This document shows, piece by piece, positions 52,112 through 60,151 of a DNA stretch of 60,151 nucleotides (position 1 is its first letter; every line of letters begins with the position of its first letter). Below the pieces are notes generated by a model. It did no database searches. It saw only the letters and a list, made by a program, of their open reading frames with translations, and was not told where the DNA came from. The DNA is taken from positions 82,651,876 to 82,712,026 of the forward strand of contig JAUZTB010000135.1 in assembly GCA_034780895.1 (NCBI GenBank), given 5' to 3'. The translations under genes and the position numbers were made by a program. This DNA comes from Rhynchobatus australiae. Its lineage: Eukaryota.

Positions 52112-53394
52112 NNNNNNNNNNNNNNNNNNNNNNNNNNNNNNNNNNNNNNNNNNNNNNNNNNNNNNNNNNNNNNNNNNNNNNNNNNNNNNNNNNNNNNNNN
52201 NNNNNNNNNNNNNNNNNNNNNNNNNNNNNNNNNNNNNNNNNNNNNNNNNNNNNNNNNNNNNNNNNNNNNNNNNNNNNNNNNNNNNNNNNNNNNNNNNNNN
52301 NNNNNNNNNNNNNNNNNNNNNNNNNNNNNNNNNNNNNNNNNNNNNNNNNNNNNNNNNNNNNNNNNNNNNNNNNNNNNNNNNNNNNNNNNNNNNNNNNNNN
52401 NNNNNNNNNNNNNNNNNNNNNNNNNNNNNNNNNNNNNNNNNNNNNNNNNNNNNNNNNNNNNNNNNNNNNNNNNNNNNNNNNNNNNNNNNNNNNNNNNNNN
52501 NNNNNNNNNNNNNNNNNNNNNNNNNNNNNNNNNNNNNNNNNNNNNNNNNNNNNNNNNNNNNNNNNNNNNNNNNNNNNNNNNNNTCTTTGATATCAGTAAG
52601 CATGTTAGACATTGAGTGCTAGTGGATCTGCCAGCATTCTTTCCCAGATCTAGGCACATCGACAGTATTTATGGTGATACAGACTCCTCGAAATTCCTCA
52701 TCAGCAGAAAAAGCTGACACTTATTGTGTCTAAGGACTTGTTCTCCACGTACAAAGAAAGAGAATTCTTATGGCCAGTGCCATATTTTCAGAAAGCTTGC
52801 ATAACTCCTTCATTCTTAAGGCCAGTTGACAGATATCACTGCCTGAGGAATAGACCTTGGGAGACAAAGAGTGCTCACAGCCTTCTTGGCAGATCTGAAA
52901 CCTCTACACATTCCACACACTGCAGCCTCAGTGCTAAACATCCGTGACTCCCAGATGTGTGGTCCCTCTTTATTCCCATCTCCTCCACATCGCTCAGTTT
53001 TCTGCTCAATCTGTGCAGGATTCTGACCGCGATGGAGTAATATACTGAGGTCGCCAGGTGTGGGCATGTCTCTGGGGGAAAGAGGTGAAATCACAAGTGC
53101 CACCACTGTCCCTGTGGGACATTAATCTGCTCACTGATAATTTCTCTCTGCCCATGGAGAACGGTGACCTGCTCACAGGTGGAATCTCACTGCTCAGTTA
53201 GAACTGCAATGTGCTCATGAGTGGCATCCCTCCACTCAGTGAAAACAGCAAACTGCTGACCCGTGACCTCTCACCATTCCTGAACAGCAATCCTGAACAG
53301 AGCTCAAGCTGGATCTGTGGGAGGTTTCATGGAGGCAGAAGAATGACAAGATGTCACATGGCTTCTGCCTTCCTGTCCCAGTAACCAATGTAGG

Positions 53395-53684
53395 ATAAGA
53401 TCTCTTTATCAGTCACGTGTATGTCGAAACACACAGTGAAATGCATCTTTTTGTATAGAGTGCTCTGGGGGCAGCCCGCAAGTGTCGCCACGCTTCCAGC
53501 ACCAACATTAGCATGCCCACAACTTCCAAACCCGTACATCTTTGGAACGTGGGAGGAAACTGGAGCACCCGGAGAAAACCCATGCAGATATGGGGAGAAC
53601 GTACAAACTCCTTACAGACAGTGGCCAGAATTGAACCCGGGTCGCTGGCAGGGTAATAGCATTACGCTAACCGCTACAGCACTG
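53395..53684 (-). mobile_element. Relatively young V-SINE with a distinct 3' tail
   Basis: Minus-strand head acagtgctgtagcggttagcgtaatgctattac...cgacccgggttcaattc; V-domain ccgggtgctccagtttcctcccacg; tail ...tgactgataaagagatcttat. It retains many CpGs. Confidence 0.85.
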
Positions 53685-53921
53685 TTTGATGTCAAACCCT
53701 TGCAGAGAAGTGTGAGCTAGCTCCAGAATGGAGAAGCACTCTCCTGGCTCTGCACAGCTTTCTGCAGGGTAAGGAGATGCCTCCACACTCCTTTCCGTCC
53801 TCCCAATTTGATAATAACAGGGCCCTGACAGCCATCTGTATTCACCTGCACATGCCCCTCCATGAATGCTTCCTGACTGTAGTCCTTACCCCATAGCATT
53901 AGGTTGTGTGTCCCTTTCACA

Positions 53922-54328
53922 GAGTCATAGAGCACAGAAACAGGCCCTTCAGCTCAACTGGGCCATGCCAAACAAGATTCCCATCTAAGCTAGTCCCAGT
54001 TGCCTGTGTTGAGGTCCATATCCCTTTGGACCTTTTCTATCCATGTACCTGTCCAAATGTCTTAAATGTTGTTAATGTACCTGCCTCAACCACTTCCTCT
54101 GGCAGCTCGTTCCATATACTGTCCACCATCTGAGTGAAAAGTCTGCCCTTCGGGTTCCTATTATATCTTTCCCCTCATAGTTTAAACTTATGCCCTCTAG
54201 TTCTTGATTCCCCAACCCTGAGGAAAAGACTGTGTGCATTGACCCTATCTATGTCCCTCATGACCTCATACATCTCTATAATATCACCCCTCATTCTCTT
54301 AAGCGCCAATGAAAAATGTCCCAACCTC
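53922..54328 (-). mobile_element. CR1/HER1-like LINE 3' end
   Basis: gagtcatagagcacagaaacaggcccttcagc, cacttcctctggcagctcgttccat, ttaaacttatgccctctagttctt and accctatctatgtccctcatg...tcacccctcattctc. Confidence 0.85.
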
Positions 54329-55321
54329 TAGGCTACCTGAATAACCATGGGTCACCAATGCCAGATGTCTCTTCTAATACCAGAGCCCCTTCAACCTATC
54401 TTGTTCATCCCTGAAACAATGCTCTGGAGAGTTGGGCGTGATGAAATTGTGGTCATCTTCATGATCTTTTCCTTCTCTCCCTGCTGCTGTTTCTCCTGAC
54501 CCTGCACCTTCTCCCACTCCATCCTGGGTGGCTGAGGTTAGGGCAGGTAGGATGGGGAAGAAAAGCCTTCTCATGCTGGAAGGAGAAGACACAAGAGAGG
54601 TGCACACATACTTTGACACTAAGCCAGCTTTGTGGCAATGGAGTAAAACACTGCCTGACTGCTCACAGCATCGCCTTAGACACTGGCACCACAAGATAGA
54701 TGAAAGGAGCTCTGCTATGAGAAGAGATGTCCGGCCACGTCAGTCAGGCAGGAAGCCTATGCAGCTGGTTTGGAGACTCACCAGAGGGGAGGGCCACACA
54801 TTCTACTGAGCTGGTGGAAAAGGAATGTGGTTGGGAAGCATTCATGAGAAGGCTGATATGGGATTGCTCCTCTGGGAGTCAGCATGCATTCAATGGGCTA
54901 AATGGTCTCCTGTGTTGTTGTATGTTTAAGACATTTGATTAATAGAAGGTACTGTTTCTCTGATTAGATTACATGTTTGCCAAGGAGATTTCAATGCAGC
55001 CTCATAAGGACCAGTCTCTTCTAATACCATAAGGACCAGTAGGTCTCTCTACTCCAGCCTGATGATGATCTGAACGCAAAAGGCCCCTCCTCATCACCCC
55101 TCCCACACCAACACACCCCCCCATTCCAAACGTCTCCCTCTTGTTACTGGCCATTTTGCCATCTTTGCATACGTGTGGAGATGAAGTACATTCACAGTGC
55201 CAAGTTATATCATCATAGATCAATGGTCTTCAGCTCTGTGTGTGTGTGTAGGTGGATGGATGTTGTGCTTTCTATTAGCAACATTATAATTAAGACGTAT
55301 TTAATACTGCTGTAGAGATCA

Positions 55322-55530
55322 CCTTAAAGTACTGAGTGAGGTTATGATTTTTTCCCTTCCTTGCTTCCTCGTTGTGGTGTGGTGGACAGAACATCAGTCA
55401 TCTCCTGCCATTTTCTTTCTGTAGCAACCCTAATAGGCCTCCTGGCACAGCGGGCGTTCCTCCTGGCATGGATCTCCTCCACTAAGACCTCCTTTGGAAT
55501 TCTCTCCCTTCCCCCTGCAGCCTCCTCCTC
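55322..55530 (-). pseudogene. Decayed Myb/SANT-like DNA-binding domain (Harbinger partner / NAIF1-MSANTD type)
   Basis: Minus strand translates GRERIPKEVLVEEIHARRNARCARRPIRVATERKWQEMTDVLST..R...GKK, then after a frameshift NLTQYFK|gt. This matches the pattern 'EVLVEEV..RR..L....W.E.A..V...R...C.KK.N.L'. Confidence 0.55.
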
Positions 55531-57679
55531 CTCCGTGGTATTATGTACCTTGCTGTATTGGGGAGTATTCCTTTAAGAGCTGAAGCCCTGCTGTCATTGC
55601 TGCTGGCATACTGTCCCTAGTTGAATGAAAGTCATAGGGCACGCAGCAGGACCCACACTGATCATCATGTAGGGAAGTGCAAGCAGCAAAATGCACACTC
55701 GTCATCAGCGAATACCGCAACCTTTTCAGAAGGACCTGGATTAGAATGTGCATGCCACATAATGCACCAGAATCAAACTAATTTCTAAGTGTGGGACTGT
55801 AAATAGGAATTACAAACCTAGAAATTCTAGTGCACACAAAATAGGATGTTATGTGAGTGGAGCAGAGGGACGTTGGTGGCAATTTTTTTCCTTGGCCCCT
55901 GCTGCAAGCTTCGGTTGTGTATGAGGCACATTTTTAAGCTTGGTACTCTGCTTGGGGCCAGATCCTGAAGTGTTTGGGGTGGATGGGGACAGTTGGCAGC
56001 CAGCGACCAAAGAGTTACAATAACAGGAATCTGAGGTTTCCTGCCCTGTATGTTCCGCAACATTAATGGGAAATCTAAATTTGGGATCTCTCCCCTTTTT
56101 TAAAGGGACCTTTTTGATGTGGGGCTTCACTCTTTCCTCACTGAATATATCCCATTGCTCTGACATTGAATTATCTTCTCCTCTTCACTTTCTCCACCAA
56201 GGGCTCCAATGCAGTAAAGGTGCCCATTCTCTTTCACATTGTGTCATTCTGCACTGTTTCCCATGTCAGATTCACTTCCTGGATGACTGCCTGGTCTGTT
56301 CCAGCAACAATGCACCTCCTCTCTAAAAGATGCAGATTGACTGTAAGCAGAGCAGGCTATCTTGAACGTGTGCCAGTCAGTAAGGATGTTGACCTCCTGA
56401 TGCATTCAGCCAATGAGCATCTTGGTTAGCACTAATTGGAGGCAGATACATTCAAATACGCAGAGACCTGGAACTTGGCATGCTGTGTGCATTAATCATG
56501 CATTGCAGTCTCGGTGTCCACTTTCATGGATTATACATTCCAGCTCACACCAGTACTATCAAGCAAAGTAACAGTTTTGTAAAAGTACACTGAAACTATT
56601 ACAACTAATATTTTAAACTTGCAATGCTACTTTTGTGTTCTTTTCAAATCTGTACATATTTTTTAAATGTTTAAGCACTTTACCAGCTATTTTGTATGGA
56701 ATTGGAGTGGCACCTATTCTAGTTTACCTGTTACACTGGGAAACAGATATACATTATTGACAACTGAAACTTGCTTTCTGTTTTGTAAAGGATAATAAAA
56801 ATTCAGGCAAAGCTATAGGTTAACAATTGACTTCAATTGGCAGGTTTTCTTCCCTTCTCTAGGGCTACTGTAAAACATTGTCATTAATATGCTTTGGAAT
56901 AACCTTCGAGAACATCTTGAATATATATTTGCTGAGGAGAAATGTATATCACTTTTCATAACCTGCACTATTTTGCACTCAATTTTTTAATGCTAAATCA
57001 TTAAAAATATCATGTAATCTTTACTCTGATCAATGCTGGCTTTAAATGTTTCAATATATGTAAATTGGGAACATATACGTGATGCAACCCTGGGTGAAAC
57101 TTGTATAGGCATTGTGTAGCTAAGGTAATGTTCCCTCCTTGATCAATCACAGACTTGCAGTGTTCTGAAGGCTTTGCGAGATGGTGTGATATCTTGCTGG
57201 AATGTTTCATGACAACGAGTATGTTCTGTTTTAGAACTCAACTCCTGTACTGTGGTATTAAGAGAATTGTTGACTGAATGTTTTGGTTGGACGCGACTCT
57301 TGAACAGCAGGGGAGCAGAGGAAAATTACCATTCCTAACATTCTTCAAAAAATGAGCACAGTCTTGCCTATTCATTGAGCTATTAGTATAAAACGTAAGA
57401 CATCTAACACCAGCCTGTGGTTAATATACTTTATCATTGAAAACAAAAGCTGTGTTTCCCCCTTTATAATTTTAATTAAAAAATAAATATGGGTAAAAGT
57501 TGATTTGTTCACATTCCTTCAAGCAGGATTAAACAAACCCTAATGATTTTTCTTTGAGAAAAGCTATTTTGTTCTTCTTAAGGCCTTATTAAAGATCATT
57601 AATGAGAACCTTGTGCAGTAATGATCAGCTGCACAGTCAAATGGGAAAATGAATTAGTGGCCTTGATATTCCTCCATTA

Positions 57680-58090
57680 TGACCCTGGCATCCAACTGTG
57701 GCATATATAGTGAAGTGCAGCAAGATAAGCAGTGGTAAGGTGTTTTATTTGCATGAATTCATGGGCACATGGAACTGGGTGTACTTCTAATATTCCACAG
57801 GATTGCTGCAATCTCTTATCATTCCCACTTTTTTTTTTAAAACCTCTGAAGCAAGGAAGATATGGCCACCAATTCCGGCAAAAACATTCCCAATGCTTAG
57901 GTGTTGCCTGAGCCTTGTGGAGTTTGCAACATCTCGGATTACTCAGTGAACTGGCTATCACACAAGCCTCAAGAGCAAGATTCTGATTTAATGAGTGTCT
58001 GCCCCTGGTTCCAATCTCTGCCTTGTAAAGGGTGGACAGAACTTCTTCACTTGCAAGGCAGGGTAGAAACCTCTGGAAGCAATACAAACC
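57680..58090 (-). mobile_element. Decayed CR1/L2-group LINE fragment (similar family to 40-620)
   Basis: Minus ORF 57677-58087 contains LSTLYKAEIG, resembling the 'L.TIYKAQVRS' motif. Confidence 0.4.
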
Positions 58091-58224
58091 TGAATAAAGA
58101 ATTTTGGTTTGTAGAAAAGAAAGATCTCAAAATATATACAAACATACAAAAAGGACTTGAGGGCTCACCATTCGTGACATTATGTATTAGCCAGTACAAC
58201 CTCCAATTGTCTTACTTTTTTTGA

Positions 58225-58805
58225 GGAGGTACCTTGGAATCAAGCATGACTTGCTTCCACTCTGGTTCTGAGGTGCCTGATGACGTCAATGTGGGGACCA
58301 AAGACTCTTCTCCAGATGTCGTGGAAGGTGCCTGATGGGACAGGTGGGGAGGGGCTGTTTGGTTTGTGAGGTGGCACACTCCTGCCATTTATTCAGGACT
58401 TCCTTGTGTTCCTGGTCGACGGACTTAAAGTCACAGTTCTATCTGGACTGCTCATTCTCCACTTGGAACAGGCTAAGTCGGGGGTTCCCTCGGCACAGTC
58501 AGGATGTCGCCTTTTCTCATGAAGCTTTGAGAACCCCTTAAACCTTTTCCTTTTCCCCACCTGATAATTTCTTCCCAAGATGGACTTCAGAATGGAAAAT
58601 CTGTTCCAGGAGTCTGGTGTCAGCCATGTGAATAATGTGGTCTGTCCAACGGAGCTAACGGAGTATCATTAGGGCGTTATTGTTTGGGATGTTGACCTGG
58701 GAGAGGAAACTGATATTGGTTTGTTTATCTTTTCAGTGGTTTTCAAGAGTTGTATGAAGACAGCGTTAGTGATATTTCCCCAATCCCCTGAGGTGTCTGC
58801 TGTTG
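58225..58805 (-). mobile_element. RTE-clade LINE 3' fragment
   Basis: Minus strand translates LRWTDHIIHMADTRLLEQIFHSEVHLGKKLSGG / KRKRFK / CSKWR, the RTE C-terminal 'LRW.GH..RM.D.RLPK.....EL..GKR..GG..KR.KD' motif. Confidence 0.8.
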
Positions 58806-58807
58806 TT

Positions 58808-59265
58808 ACATAGAACACTACAGCACAGTACAGGCCCTTTGGCCCACAAAGTTGTGCCGACATTTTATCCTGCTCTAAGATCTATCAAACCCTTCCCTCC
58901 CACATAGCCCCCTATTTTTCTATCATTCATGTGTCTAAGAGTCTCCTGAATGTCCCTAATGTATCTGTCCCCACAACCTCTGCAGGTAGTCCATTCCACA
59001 CACCCACCACTCTCTGTGGGAAAATGTCTCTGACTGTCCACTTGATCTAGGAACACTACAGCACAGTGCAGGCCCTCTCAGTATCAAGCCACCTCTCATC
59101 CTCCTCCTCTCCAAAGAGAAAAGCCCCAGCTCACTCAACCTATCTTCAAGACGTGCTCTCCAATCCAGGCGACATCGTGGTAGATCTCTTCTGCGCCTAT
59201 CTAAAGCTTCCACATCCTTCTTATAATGAGGTGACCTGAACTGAACACAGTACTCCAAGTTAGAT
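58808..59265 (-). mobile_element. CR1/HER1-like LINE 3' end, internally deleted
   Basis: Minus ORF 58956-59300 contains [20 protein letters not shown]...[20 protein letters not shown]; terminal tail catagaacactacagcacagtacaggcccttt. Confidence 0.85.
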
Positions 59266-60151
59266 CTCCCAACAAAACACTCTTTATCAAAGGCAGGCAA
59301 CTCTCAATTAACAGTAGTGACTGATTCACCAATTAATCAAAAGTCATACCACATAATGCACACGGTTCTTAAAAGGACACACAATTCTTAAAGGGACACT
59401 CACACTCATATGTACTACATTGTAGATGTCATGAGAAGATCACTAATTATTGAGTCAGAACCCAACCTCTGGTTTCAAGCATTTGTCCAACACTTAAAAC
59501 TTGTTTCCATGGTAACAGCAATGCTCTCATGTTTCCCTGAACCTTTGCAGCCTCTAAATCAGGTGCTAACTTCAGAATCCATCCCAACAGATGGGTTGAC
59601 CAGGCTGTGTTTTGATTTGGGAGTCTGCTGTTGTGCAGTGTGAGCGAAATATCAGCACCCCCACCCTGCTGTTGCCTGGTGAAACAGAGCAAGCACCCAG
59701 CGGTGTGCCAGAAGGCCTTTCTGCCACGCTGTGAGAAGAAACCAATGGCTGAATGCTCGCACAGTACAGTTACCAAGGAAACAGCTCCAACTGGCACCTG
59801 ACAGACCAAAACTTTCAACTCCTGAATGAGGCGGAATTTTTCTTTGTATCATTATCTTTATAGCCTCCCAAATGCACTGAAAGTGACGGCTTAATGTTCC
59901 CCAGTTGTGCGCTTGTCACAGTTTCTGGCTGTAATTAGCCAAAGAACCCTTTAAGATTGCTTCACACTGGCACATGCTGTCATTCTGAGAGGAGCAAGTC
60001 ATTCGGGAGGCTCCGAATAGAAGGCACAACCCAGCAGCTGTGTGTAATATCTATGAGGGTAGATTGCCTGTACGACAAATTTTGAGATTATGCTGTTTTA
60101 TCAATGAGGCATTGTGCTATCTAATACCTTCCACCTCAGCTGAAAGTACAT

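Larger units (their letters stand above)
36777..60151 (+). other. Long downstream intron of the ZFHX4-like gene (a small, poorly conserved exon could be hidden here or in gaps)
   Basis: No further recognisable ZFHX coding sequence; dominated by repeats and N gaps. Confidence 0.5.

Noticed and set aside
53620-53684. tRNA-like sequences (also ~11100-11167, 17175, 23590-23632, 26673)
   Set aside because: They are SINE heads continuing into V- or Deu-domains, not stand-alone tRNA genes.
447-59852. The many 60-130 aa ORFs in the track, including those spanning N runs
   Set aside because: They are consistent with chance ORFs, repeat fragments or gap artefacts. Only the frame of 36548-36805 holds a real exon.
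1-60151. Prokaryotic-type systems (operons, CRISPR arrays, defence islands)
   Set aside because: The DNA is vertebrate intronic sequence. It has no long ORFs and no regularly spaced repeat-spacer array.

Overview
This is AT-rich vertebrate genomic DNA from a gapped draft scaffold. Its repeat families (V-SINE/HE1-like, DeuSINE/SacSINE1-like, CR1/HER1-like LINEs, Penelope-type termini) point to a cartilaginous fish, probably a ray or other batoid. The only confidently coding host sequence is a 232-nt internal exon at 36545-36776 (+) of a ZFHX4-like zinc-finger homeobox gene, encoding one C2H2 finger. The rest reads as two long introns filled with decayed retroelements (CR1, L2, RTE, SINEs), Penelope-like termini with degenerate hammerhead-ribozyme cores, a fossil two-gene PIF/Harbinger transposon, and repeat-free blocks that look like conserved enhancers. 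The most unusual structure is an ~805-bp cassette at 45633-46437, bounded by long inverted repeats and containing a good splice acceptor. I cannot demonstrate a new biological system from the sequence alone. All family assignments come from recognising motifs by eye, and repeat boundaries are approximate.
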